From positions 1 through 32,094 of the forward strand of contig CAZIDC010000002.1 of NCBI GenBank assembly GCA_964537885.1: a stretch of 32,094 bases of DNA. Reading direction: 5' to 3'. Position numbers and translations under genes: made by a program. A model generated the notes under the pieces. It saw only the letters and a list, made by a program, of their open reading frames with translations, was not told the DNA's origin and did not search any database. The stretch comes from an uncultured Syntrophaceae bacterium. GTDB taxonomy: Bacteria; Desulfobacterota; SM23-61. The stretch's first letter is position 1; each line of letters opens with the position of its first letter. This document shows positions 1-9,829 of this stretch, in pieces.

Positions 1-287
1 CCTGGGTCGCTGCCCCCGATAAATTTGCCCAGATTGCCCGGGCTATGGGCGAAAATGTAAATGAGCTCCCCTTCCCTCAGGCCGCTCAAAAAGCCGTTGA
101 AGCGGTTAAAAAATTGGGTGCGGATATCCAGATACCCAGATTACGGGACTTGGTGAAAGAGGAAGATTTCCGTAGGGTAGTCGTCCAGATGGCCAAAGAC
201 GGCCTGGCCTCCGGAACGCCTCAAGTCAATCCCCGCGTCCCTACGGAAAAAGAAATGATCGAGCTCTTCAATCTAACGTACGACTAA
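1..287 (+). CDS. Iron-containing (group III) alcohol dehydrogenase, C-terminal fragment (5' end outside the window)
   Basis: Frame 3 is open from the window edge (WVAAPDKFAQIARAMGENVNEL...) to the TAA at 285-287. The tail ...DGLASGTPQVNPRVPTEKEMIELF resembles the C-terminal helical end of Fe-ADH family proteins. Confidence 0.6.
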   Translation, partial: WVAAPDKFAQIARAMGENVNELPFPQAAQKAVEAVKKLGADIQIPRLRDLVKEEDFRRVVVQMAKDGLASGTPQVNPRVPTEKEMIELFNLTYD

Positions 288-352
288 ATTTGATGATCTC
301 GTAAGATGCCCTATAGCTTGCTCAAAATGGAGTGAAACAGCCCCGGTTCCTT

Positions 353-871
353 TCATCCTCCACCACTGCTGGTTGGTTGCAGGCTGATCATGATGGGACC
401 CAAGTCTATTTCCTGGAATGTACCTTCTGGGGGGGCTTCCTGACTAATGCCGGTTTGAAAGCGGAGATGGAAGAAAACCGGATCGCTGAAATTTCCAGCT
501 CGATCCTGGATTTGAACGGTCAGAGCGAGGCTGGATAGATTCAGACTGCCTACCCCTACTGTGTTCAAGTAGATGTATCCAGAAAATTCCTTTTGGTTTT
601 CCCTTTTAATTCTTGTCAGAGCGGCTGGATAGGTTGCCATTCCCGGCTGGTCCATGGTGCACATGATATATTTCATATCCCCATCCTGGTCAGAGGCCTT
701 CAGGTAAATTTTCCAGGTATCTCCCAGCCGCAGAGATTGGGCCGCAAAAGAATGGCTTATGACCGGGGTGGCTTTGCCCTTTTTCTCCTGGTTTTTTGCC
801 GGAGACCCGAAAGAAGCGAATCCGATGAGCAGAAAGGCCATGGTGATCCCGATGAAAAATTTTCCTTCCAT
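353..871 (-). CDS. Hypothetical secreted protein (signal peptide plus a domain of about 140 aa with no family I recognise)
   Basis: The ATG at 871 (MEGKFFIGITMAFLLIGFASFG...) lies about 8 nt downstream of AGGAGGAGG (reverse complement of 878-888). The hydrophobic N-terminus looks like a signal peptide. The track ORF extends 13 codons further upstream, without an SD. Confidence 0.55.
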   Translation of the reverse strand: MEGKFFIGITMAFLLIGFASFGSPAKNQEKKGKATPVISHSFAAQSLRLGDTWKIYLKASDQDGDMKYIMCTMDQPGMATYPAALTRIKRENQKEFSGYIYLNTVGVGSLNLSSLALTVQIQDRAGNFSDPVFFHLRFQTGISQEAPPEGTFQEIDLGPIMISLQPTSSGGG

Positions 872-1084
872 TTTTCTTCCTCCTCCTTTGACGATTGAGA
901 TGGAAAGCAAGCCATAATATTATACTCCGTAGTTCCATTTTTTAAATCTTCCTCTAAAAAATGTGCTAAATTGGGAGGCAACTTTAGCCAATGGATTTAC
1001 AGGTGGCGAGTTGCAGGTTACGAATTAAGTGGACAAATTTGAAAAAAGGAAGATTTTCTGCAATAAGTTTTAAGGAGTAAAAAT

Positions 1085-2620
1085 ATGCGCAAGGAAGTTG
1101 TCAAAGCAGTCATCGTTGTTTTTATCGCCAGTTTTTGCACGATGGTCATCGAGCTTGTGGCCGGAAGAATCATGGCTCCCTATGTGGGGATGTCGCTTTA
1201 TACCTGGACATCCATCATCGGGGTAGTTTTAGCAGGGATCAGCATCGGGGCCTACGTCGGCGGGGTATTAGCAGACCGTTTTCCCACGCCGCGCACCCTG
1301 GGCTGGCTCCTCTTTCTTTCGGGGCTGGGAGCGCTTTCCATTTCCCCTCTCACCGAGGCCGTAGCCCGCTGGCCCTTACAGACCAGTCTCATGCTGCGCA
1401 TCCTGATCGTCACGGGAGCCATCTTCTTCTTGCCGTCCTTCCTTTTAGGGATGATCTCCCCCGTGGTCGTGCGGCTCTCTCTTGACCGCTTAGAGCGGTC
1501 GGGGAACGTGGTGGGCAAGATTTACGCCTTCTCCACCCTCGGGTCCATTCTGGGAACATTCGCCACCGGATTTTTTCTGATCTCCTGGATGGGGACCCGT
1601 AACATTCTCCTGCTCATGGCGGCGATCCTCATCGTCTCCTCTCCTTTCTTCGGGGGGGCCTTTTTGCGCAAGCGGGTATTCCTGGTCCTCTTCCCAGCGC
1701 TCGTGGTTTTCCTTTGGTCCATCCATGACCAGGCCTTCAAGAAACAGCGGGATGAAGATTCCTACTTTTACGAAGAGACCGATTATTTCACCGTCGAGCT
1801 CAAGCATATGGCCAAGAACGGGAGAACCCTGGAAACGGTCATCCTGGATAATTTGATCCATTCCTATGTTGACCTCAAGGATCCGTTCCATCTGCAATAT
1901 GGATACGAGAGGGTCTACGCGGAATTGGTGGCCTGGAAAGCCGCAGCCAATCCTGAATTTCGGGCTTTGATCATCGGCGGTGGGGGGTATACGTTTCCCC
2001 GTTATCTGGAAGCGAAATATCCGCGGGCGCAGATCGACGTCATCGAAATCGACCCTCGCCTGACCGAGATTGCCTATGAGCACCTGGCCCTCGCGCCCGA
2101 CACCCGGATCCGCTCCTTTAATCAGGACGCCCGCTGGTTCCTGATGAATTCCCCCGAGCGGGGAGTGTACGACTTTATCTTCGGCGATGCTTTCAATGAT
2201 CTGTCTATTCCTTACCACCTGACCACTAAGGAATTCTCGATGATGATCAAATTCCTCCTCAAGCCTGACGGAATGCTGATTGTCAACATCATCGACCACT
2301 TCCAGAGGGGTCTCTTTTTGCCTTCCTATGTGCGCACCCTGAAGGAAGTCTTCGGGCAAGAAAAAACCTGCCTGGTCGCTGATAGCGACTTTCCCGATAT
2401 GGGCATCAACACCATCATCGTAGCGGCGAGCGTGGCCGATTATTCATGGAAGGCCGTGGAAAAACATTCGGAAGGCCGATGCTTCACCCTGGAGCCGAAG
2501 GAGCTGGACCGGCAGTTCAGCAGCAGGCCGGCGGTTCTTCTCACGGACGACCATGCTCCCGTGGATAATCTGATGGCACCCATATTCGAAGAAAGATTCG
2601 GGAGGAATAAAAAAGGATAA
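1085..2620 (+). CDS. Fused polytopic membrane domain / spermidine synthase-like (class I methyltransferase-fold) protein
   Basis: The N-terminal ~210 aa are strongly hydrophobic, with multiple TM helices. The C-terminal half carries spermidine-synthase-like motifs (ALIIGGGGYTFPRYL, IDVIEIDP, IFGDAFND). AAGGAG lies 6 nt upstream of the ATG. Confidence 0.85.
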   Translation: MRKEVVKAVIVVFIASFCTMVIELVAGRIMAPYVGMSLYTWTSIIGVVLAGISIGAYVGGVLADRFPTPRTLGWLLFLSGLGALSISPLTEAVARWPLQTSLMLRILIVTGAIFFLPSFLLGMISPVVVRLSLDRLERSGNVVGKIYAFSTLGSILGTFATGFFLISWMGTRNILLLMAAILIVSSPFFGGAFLRKRVFLVLFPALVVFLWSIHDQAFKKQRDEDSYFYEETDYFTVELKHMAKNGRTLETVILDNLIHSYVDLKDPFHLQYGYERVYAELVAWKAAANPEFRALIIGGGGYTFPRYLEAKYPRAQIDVIEIDPRLTEIAYEHLALAPDTRIRSFNQDARWFLMNSPERGVYDFIFGDAFNDLSIPYHLTTKEFSMMIKFLLKPDGMLIVNIIDHFQRGLFLPSYVRTLKEVFGQEKTCLVADSDFPDMGINTIIVAASVADYSWKAVEKHSEGRCFTLEPKELDRQFSSRPAVLLTDDHAPVDNLMAPIFEERFGRNKKG

Positions 2621-2887
2621 AGAATATAATGCCCGATCAACCCCGATGACCCAAAACCCAAAGGCCATACTGAAAACGGGGGAAAGTTCCTTTTCCACAT
2701 TAATCCCGTATTTGCGAATTGTCTGTTGCAGGTTCTGGCGAAACATCCGGGATTTTCGCGAAGCCCCGGAAATGTTCCAGTTCCTTTCTTTAAGAAGGTG
2801 GGTGATGTAGAATTTCTCGAATTCATTTTTGGCCTGGCTGAATGGAGAACTTACCCAACTTTCCTGGGACGTAATCCGGTCGGCCAT
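2444..2887 (-). CDS. Small Fis/NtrC-type HTH (HTH_8-like) protein, or a remnant of an activator C-terminus
   Basis: Residues ~20-62 (AKNEFEKFYITHLLKERNWNISGASRKSRMFRQNLQQTIRKYGI) follow the pattern of the C-terminal Fis-type HTH of sigma-54 activators (...FEK.YI...L....N...A......R..L..K..KYGI). The SD is weak or distant. The last 177 nt overlap the convergent gene 1085..2620. Confidence 0.35.
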   Translation of the reverse strand: MADRITSQESWVSSPFSQAKNEFEKFYITHLLKERNWNISGASRKSRMFRQNLQQTIRKYGINVEKELSPVFSMAFGFWVIGVDRALYSLSFFIPPESFFEYGCHQIIHGSMVVREKNRRPAAELPVQLLRLQGEASAFRMFFHGLP

Positions 2888-2910
2888 CCGGGTCAGGAAA
2901 TCCTCTATCT

Positions 2911-2939
2911 TTGACTTGGATTAGTTGATTCGCTATAAT
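2911..2939 (+). promoter_or_regulatory. Sigma-70-type promoter candidate for the kinase/activator operon
   Basis: TTGACT (2911-2916), 17 nt spacer, TATAAT (2934-2939), about 65 nt upstream of the ATG at 3006. Confidence 0.45.
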
Positions 2940-3005
2940 TAATTTAAAGGCTCAAAGGGAACGAAAGGACCTAAAAAAATCCTTATCCGCCTTTAAAAGG
3001 AATGA

Positions 3006-5186
3006 ATGAAACAGTACCGTTTGCCCCTGATGCCCGTGATCTGGGGGGTTACCTGTCTGATCATCGGGGCCTTGGTAGCCATGGGCTTCCTGGGTTATAA
3101 ATCTGCGGAAAAGGCCATAGCTTCGCAATTCAACGATCAACAACTGATGCTGGCCAACCAGGCCGCACGGGGGATTGAAGATTTCTTGGCCGACATTTGT
3201 GAAACCGCTACCCTCCTCACTCGAACCCCGGAAATCCAAAAGCATCCAGGCCAGATAGAAAAGCAGAATCTCCAAACTATTCACGAAAGTTTTAAGAACA
3301 AAGTCAATTTTCTTTTCCTGGTCGACTCCCGGGGAATCATAACCGCCTTTTATCCCCCGGGGGAGGCGAAACGAATCAGGGGGAGCGACGAAAACTCTCA
3401 ACCTTACTTCCAGAAAGCCCGGAGCACGGGGAGGCCGGTGGTTTACAGCGCCAATCCATTGTCCGAGGGGTCTCAGCGGTTGACGCTCATTCGGATTGCT
3501 GTTCCGATCGTTCGCGGTTCAGAATTTATCGGGGTCCTGGGATTCGGCTTGGATTTTGGCAAGGTGAACGAACGGTACATCCATCCGATCCGTTCGGGAG
3601 CTACGGGGGGAGCCTGGATGATTAACCACGAGGGGAAATTTATCGCCCACTATGACCCTGATTTTCTGGGCAAGGACGCTTTCCTTGCCCGAAAGGAGCG
3701 GAATCCTGATTTCTCCTTCGAAAGGATTAACCGGATCGTGAAAGAGGAGATGCTCCAGGGAAAAGCGGGAATAGATGAGTATATCTCCGACTGGCACCGT
3801 GGAGAACGCGGGCGGATCAAGAAATTGATTGCTTATGCTCCCGTAAAAATCGATGACCAGATCTGGTCTATTGCCGTGGTTGCTCCCTATTCGGATGTTA
3901 CTCGGGTGGTCTGGGGGAGTTTTAAGAATTCCGTGCTGCTCCTGGCGGTTATGGCTTGCACCCTTCTGGCGGGAACCTACGTGGGCCACAAGATCAACCA
4001 GGGGCGCATCCGGGCCGAAGAGAAGGTCAGGTGGGGGGAGGAAGTGATGAAGAGCCAGAGCCGCCTGCAAACTCTCTTCGACGGATCTCCCGAGGCCATC
4101 ATCATCGTCGACCGGAATTTTAAGGTCTCCATGGTGAACAAGACCGCTTTGAACTGGTATAACCAGACCCTAAAAGAATTTAGCGGCAAGTTTTGTTATC
4201 AAGTTTTCCAAGGACGATCCGACCTCTGCCGGAACTGCCCGGCGCAAGAATCCTTCCAAACGGGCCAGCCGGCCCACCGGGAAAAAGCCAGCCTAGTGGC
4301 CGATGGAACCAAGCGTTCCCTGCAGCTTTTTACCTTCCCTCTTCGGGATCGAAGGGGGGAGGTGATTGAAGTCGTGGAGTATGTCAAAGATGTGACCGCT
4401 GAAAAGATGCTCCAGCAACAGATCATTCAATCCGAACGGCTGGCCATTGTGGGAAGAATGTCGGCCAACGTGGCCCATGAGATCAAGAATCCTATGGGAA
4501 CCATCATGCTGAACGCGGAACTCCTCGAAGAAGAATTGAATCGGTTTTCCGGACAGGACACCACCGAAGCCCGCAGCCTTTTGGGCGTGATCAAAGCGGA
4601 GCTTGATCACCTTATCCATGTTATCGAAGAATACCTGCAGTTTGCCCGTCTGCCCAAGGTGAAGCTGGAGAGGGGGAGTGTGAACCAGGTGATCTCCGAT
4701 TTGCTCCTCTTCCTCCGGGAGGAGACCTGCGGCCGCAAGCTAGTGGTAGTTGAGGAGTTGGAGGCCGCCCTGCCCGAGGTCCATCTGGATGCCCAGCAAT
4801 TCCGCAGGGCCCTTTTAAACATCATCAAAAATTCCTTCGAAGCCATGGACGAAGGAGGCAAGCTGAGCGTCTCCACCGCCTCCAGGGATGGGCGAGTCGA
4901 GGTAACCATTGCCGACACTGGAAAAGGCATCCCGGAAGAAAATTTGGAGTCGATCTTCACTCCCTTCTTCAGCACCAAGCAGGGAGGGACAGGATTGGGT
5001 CTTTCCATTACCTCCCACATCGTCAAGGAGCATCGGGGGACTGTCGGCTTTAAAAGTTATCCCAATCTGGGAACGGCCTTTCGGATCTGTTTACCCGCGC
5101 TTTCTTCCACTTCGCCGGTATTGCTGGAAAAGGAGAGCATCCAAGAACAGCCCGCTAACGAAAGAGGAGGACCATGGTCCATTTGA
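3006..5186 (+). CDS. Sensor histidine kinase (TM, periplasmic Cache-like domain, TM, PAS, HisKA, HATPase_c)
   Basis: There is an N-terminal TM helix, a ~270 aa extracytoplasmic region typical of dCache sensors, and a second TM (VLLLAVMACTLLAGTYVG). A PAS domain and the H-box (ANVAHEIKNPMG) follow, then N/G boxes (LLNIIKNSFEAM, DTGKGIP, GGTGLGLSI). Confidence 0.9.
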   Translation: MKQYRLPLMPVIWGVTCLIIGALVAMGFLGYKSAEKAIASQFNDQQLMLANQAARGIEDFLADICETATLLTRTPEIQKHPGQIEKQNLQTIHESFKNKVNFLFLVDSRGIITAFYPPGEAKRIRGSDENSQPYFQKARSTGRPVVYSANPLSEGSQRLTLIRIAVPIVRGSEFIGVLGFGLDFGKVNERYIHPIRSGATGGAWMINHEGKFIAHYDPDFLGKDAFLARKERNPDFSFERINRIVKEEMLQGKAGIDEYISDWHRGERGRIKKLIAYAPVKIDDQIWSIAVVAPYSDVTRVVWGSFKNSVLLLAVMACTLLAGTYVGHKINQGRIRAEEKVRWGEEVMKSQSRLQTLFDGSPEAIIIVDRNFKVSMVNKTALNWYNQTLKEFSGKFCYQVFQGRSDLCRNCPAQESFQTGQPAHREKASLVADGTKRSLQLFTFPLRDRRGEVIEVVEYVKDVTAEKMLQQQIIQSERLAIVGRMSANVAHEIKNPMGTIMLNAELLEEELNRFSGQDTTEARSLLGVIKAELDHLIHVIEEYLQFARLPKVKLERGSVNQVISDLLLFLREETCGRKLVVVEELEAALPEVHLDAQQFRRALLNIIKNSFEAMDEGGKLSVSTASRDGRVEVTIADTGKGIPEENLESIFTPFFSTKQGGTGLGLSITSHIVKEHRGTVGFKSYPNLGTAFRICLPALSSTSPVLLEKESIQEQPANERGGPWSI

Positions 5187-6628
5187 ACAATCCCGAGGAT
5201 AAGACGGTCGAACCTCCGGAGACCAAGAATATTCTATTGGTGGATGATCACAAGCCTTTCCGGGATTCCCTGGCCAAGGTTTTGCAGGGGGAGGGATTCC
5301 ATGTATTCCCGGCCAGCGATGGGGAAGAGGCTCTGGATACCCTGCGCAAGGAATATATCCATCTGGTCATCACCGACTTGAAGATGCCCAGAATGGATGG
5401 GGTTGAATTGCTCAAAGTGGCCAAGACCATTCGTCCAGAAGTGGAAGTCATCCTTATTACCGGGTACGGGACAGTGGACACCGCCGTGACCTCGATGAAA
5501 GATGGGGCTTTTGATTACATCCAAAAACCTTTCAAGCCGCGGGAGATCCTCAAGCTAATCCGGAAGGCCATCGAAAAGCAATCCCTGGTTTTAGAAAACC
5601 GCATGCTTCAGGAGCGGATCAAGTATTTTCAAAAGTTTGAGAAGATTGTCGGCCGGAGTCCAGCGATGAAACGGACCCAGGAAATCGTCGCTCAGGTAGC
5701 TCCCACCTCGGCAACCGTTTTGATCCAAGGAGAGAGCGGGACAGGAAAGGAAGTCATCGCCCAGGCGATCCATGATCTGAGCCCCCGAGCCAACAAACCG
5801 TTTATCAAGGTGAGCTGCGCGGCCCTGCCGGAAACTTTGTTGGAGGCGGAGCTTTTCGGATATGAGCGGGGGGCCTTTACGGGGGCGATGGCTCGCAAAG
5901 AGGGGCGGTTCGAGTTGGCCAACGGGGGAACCCTTTTTTTGGATGAGATTGGGGAGGTCAGCCCCACCGTCCAGGTAAAACTTTTACGAGTCCTGCAAGT
6001 AGGGGAGTTCGAACGCCTGGGAGGGACTAAAACCATCCGGGCGGATGTGCGGCTGGTTGCAGCCACGAATATAAATCTCCTGGAGGCAGTGGAACGGAAG
6101 GCTTTTCGGGAGGACCTCTTCTCCCGCTTAAATGTTATTACCATCCCCTTACCCCCTCTAAGGGACAGGGAGGGGGACATTCCTCTGCTGGCGCACCATT
6201 TTTTGGAGATTTTCAAGAAGAAAAACAACAAAGACGTGAAAGGATTTACCCAGGAAACTTTGGAAATAATGCTGTCGTACCCCTGGCCCCGGAACGTGCG
6301 CCAGATGGAGAATGCGATTGAGCGAGCGGTGGTTTTGAATAGGGGGGAAAGGATCGCTCCCCAAGACTTACCGCCGGAGGTTCTTAAAGCAATAGAAATG
6401 CCTACGGCCCGGGAGGCTGCTTTGATGGACGATAAAACCATTTCTGTCCCCCTCGGTACCCCCCTGGAAGTGATCGAGAAGAAAGTGATCGAAGAAACGC
6501 TCAAGCATTCACGGGGCGATAAAAACGTGGCCTCAAAAATTTTGGGAATATCGGCCCGGACCATTTACCGGAAAATTGAAGAGGATAGAGAGGATAATAA
6601 AATTGAGGCGAAGGAAAAGTTAGAATAG
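5174..6628 (+). CDS. Sigma-54-dependent response regulator (NtrC/AtoC family: REC, AAA+, Fis HTH)
   Basis: The receiver has DD...D (LVITDLKMPRMDG). The AAA+ domain has Walker A (GESGTGKE), the GAFTGA loop (ELFGYERGAFTGA) and Walker B (LFLDEIGE). The C-terminal HTH reads NVASKILGISARTIYRKI. The start overlaps the kinase stop by 13 nt and follows GAGGAGG. Confidence 0.93.
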   Translation: MVHLNNPEDKTVEPPETKNILLVDDHKPFRDSLAKVLQGEGFHVFPASDGEEALDTLRKEYIHLVITDLKMPRMDGVELLKVAKTIRPEVEVILITGYGTVDTAVTSMKDGAFDYIQKPFKPREILKLIRKAIEKQSLVLENRMLQERIKYFQKFEKIVGRSPAMKRTQEIVAQVAPTSATVLIQGESGTGKEVIAQAIHDLSPRANKPFIKVSCAALPETLLEAELFGYERGAFTGAMARKEGRFELANGGTLFLDEIGEVSPTVQVKLLRVLQVGEFERLGGTKTIRADVRLVAATNINLLEAVERKAFREDLFSRLNVITIPLPPLRDREGDIPLLAHHFLEIFKKKNNKDVKGFTQETLEIMLSYPWPRNVRQMENAIERAVVLNRGERIAPQDLPPEVLKAIEMPTAREAALMDDKTISVPLGTPLEVIEKKVIEETLKHSRGDKNVASKILGISARTIYRKIEEDREDNKIEAKEKLE

Positions 6629-6629
6629 T

Positions 6630-6714
6630 TGACAAAATGTCACAAAGTTAAGCCTTTAAAGGTGATGATTGCCATTTTTTACAAAAATTTTAGAGCTTTT
6701 TTGTCAAATTGTCA
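6630..6714. promoter_or_regulatory. Candidate enhancer (UAS) half-sites for a sigma-54 activator
   Basis: Perfect palindrome TGACAaaaTGTCA at 6630-6642 and direct repeat TGTCAaatTGTCA at 6702-6714. They lie about 115-200 bp upstream of the -24 element at 6827. Confidence 0.35.
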
Positions 6715-6778
6715 TTGTTTTTACAACCGGGCGAACGGCCATCTTTTGGTGGTTATAACATTTGAAAAACGTATTTTA

Positions 6779-6791
6779 TATCAATAGGTTA
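6779..6791 (+). promoter_or_regulatory. IHF-like bending site
   Basis: TATCAATAGGTTA fits WATCAANNNNTTR exactly. It lies in an AT-rich tract between the repeats and the sigma-54 promoter. Confidence 0.35.
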
Positions 6792-6826
6792 TTATAGTGT
6801 CGCCCTTCTCCTCCCTTTGTTTTTTT

Positions 6827-6841
6827 TGGCACATCTTTTGC
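6827..6841 (+). promoter_or_regulatory. Sigma-54 (RpoN) -24/-12 promoter
   Basis: TGGCACatcttTTGC. GG is at 6828-6829 and GC at 6840-6841, exactly the canonical 12-nt register of TGGCACG-N4-TTGCW. It sits immediately downstream of a sigma-54 activator gene. Confidence 0.7.
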
Positions 6842-6931
6842 TTTATAATTAAGAAAAATTGTTAAACCCCGGAGGGACTTGATCTTCACAGGCCACGAAC
6901 GAGCGAACTCTCCTGGTCATCTGTGACTGGC

Positions 6932-6981
6932 AACCGAAGCAACAACCCTCCTCTATAAGATCGAATCCCTTCGGTTTTTTT
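6932..6981 (+). terminator. Hairpin plus U-run inside the sigma-54-driven leader (attenuator or sRNA terminator candidate)
   Basis: aaCCGAAG (6932-6939) pairs with CTTCGGtt (6969-6976) and is followed by a T7 run (6975-6981). The 29-nt loop contains CCTCCTC (6947-6953). The long loop makes this atypical for an intrinsic terminator. Confidence 0.3.
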
Positions 6982-7032
6982 GGAGGAGTTGTGGGAGTGC
7001 TGTTCTTCTCTAACTCCGCAGGGGGAGGAAAT

Positions 7033-7533
7033 GTGGATAAAAAAGTTATTTTAGTGGTGGATAATGAGGAGACGATTCGCGAAACCCTTCTGAAAATACT
7101 GGAACGGGAAGGCTATCAGGTGCTGGCTGCTGAGGACGGACAGGAAGCCCTGGAGGTCATTCGGGAACGTAAGGTCAATATAATCCTCTCCGATGTTTGT
7201 ATGCCAAGGATGGACGGCAATAAGCTGCTCAAGATGGCTAAAACGATCCTTCCCGATGTAGAAATTATCCTAATGACCGGCCACGGGAAGATGGAAATGG
7301 GTTTAGACGCTCTAAAAGAAGGCGCTTTTGATTTCATCCAGAAACCGTTTACCAAGTTGGCCTTGAGCAAGACCGTGAAGCATGCTCTGGAGAAGCAAGC
7401 CATGGCTGCGGAGATACGCTTCCTCAAAGAGCGGCTGCGGGAGCTGGTCGTGGAGATTATGGAAATCGTCGATGACCCCGCAGTCCATCGATTGGAATAT
7501 TCCCGGTCCCTGGGAGCTAATTCCGCCCCTTGA
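7033..7533 (+). CDS. Stand-alone receiver domain with an NtrC-type linker helix (truncated-activator-like response regulator)
   Basis: The sequence VDKKVILVVDNEE...LSDVCMPRMDG...KEGAFDFIQKPF is a canonical REC. It is followed by a coiled-coil-like linker (EKQAMAAEIRFLKERLREL), but no AAA+ or HTH domain. I prefer the GTG at 7033 because GGGGGAGG lies 4 nt upstream. Alternative starts are GTG 6991 and 6997, after GGAGGAG. Confidence 0.8.
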   Translation: MDKKVILVVDNEETIRETLLKILEREGYQVLAAEDGQEALEVIRERKVNIILSDVCMPRMDGNKLLKMAKTILPDVEIILMTGHGKMEMGLDALKEGAFDFIQKPFTKLALSKTVKHALEKQAMAAEIRFLKERLRELVVEIMEIVDDPAVHRLEYSRSLGANSAP

Positions 7534-7783
7534 ACCGAGATGGAACCCCAAACCGGCGGGGCTGGATTTTAAAAGATTCAATAAAACCTTATATCCGTGA
7601 AAACTTGCTTTTCAACCCATCCCCCTTTAAGGATCTCTTTTCCCACGAATCGCGTCCAGGAATTTTTTAACGAAATTAGCAGGGAATATAAGCCCCCTGC
7701 CTCCCTGTGAGTTTGCACTTGCTGAAACGAAAGGTTTCAATCCATAATATAGAAGTAGGAAAACGTTTTATCGGAGGTACTTT

Positions 7784-9757
<1,974 letters not shown>

Positions 9758-9767
9758 AATCCCCAAT

Positions 9768-9813
9768 CCGTAGAGACCGTCCTCCGGGATGTCTCTACGG
9801 GCAGTTATTTTTT
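9768..9813 (+). terminator. Intercistronic hairpin (partial terminator or processing site) between acs and the transporter
   Basis: A perfect 10-bp stem, CCGTAGAGAC (9768-9777) with GTCTCTACGG (9791-9800), has a 13-nt loop. A T6 run follows at 9808-9813, 7 nt after the stem. Confidence 0.35.
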
Positions 9814-9829
9814 AAGGAGGCTGCGCTTC

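Noticed and set aside
1490-2359. Long antisense ORFs opposite real genes: 1490..2359, 5692..6564, 13579..14256, 15699..16280 and 8408..8926.
   Set aside because: Each is antisense to a gene with strong family motifs (spermidine synthase-like, the sigma-54 activator, a kinase, the Fe-ADH, acs). None has recognisable motifs of its own. These are typical shadow ORFs in DNA of more than 55% GC.
6665-6793. 42-codon plus-strand ORF across the enhancer region, and a 27-39-codon ORF at 24239-24358 across the second sigma-54 promoter and leader.
   Set aside because: There is no convincing SD, and the sequences overlap regulatory elements. Nothing suggests a leader peptide beyond the open frame. I mention them only as possibilities.
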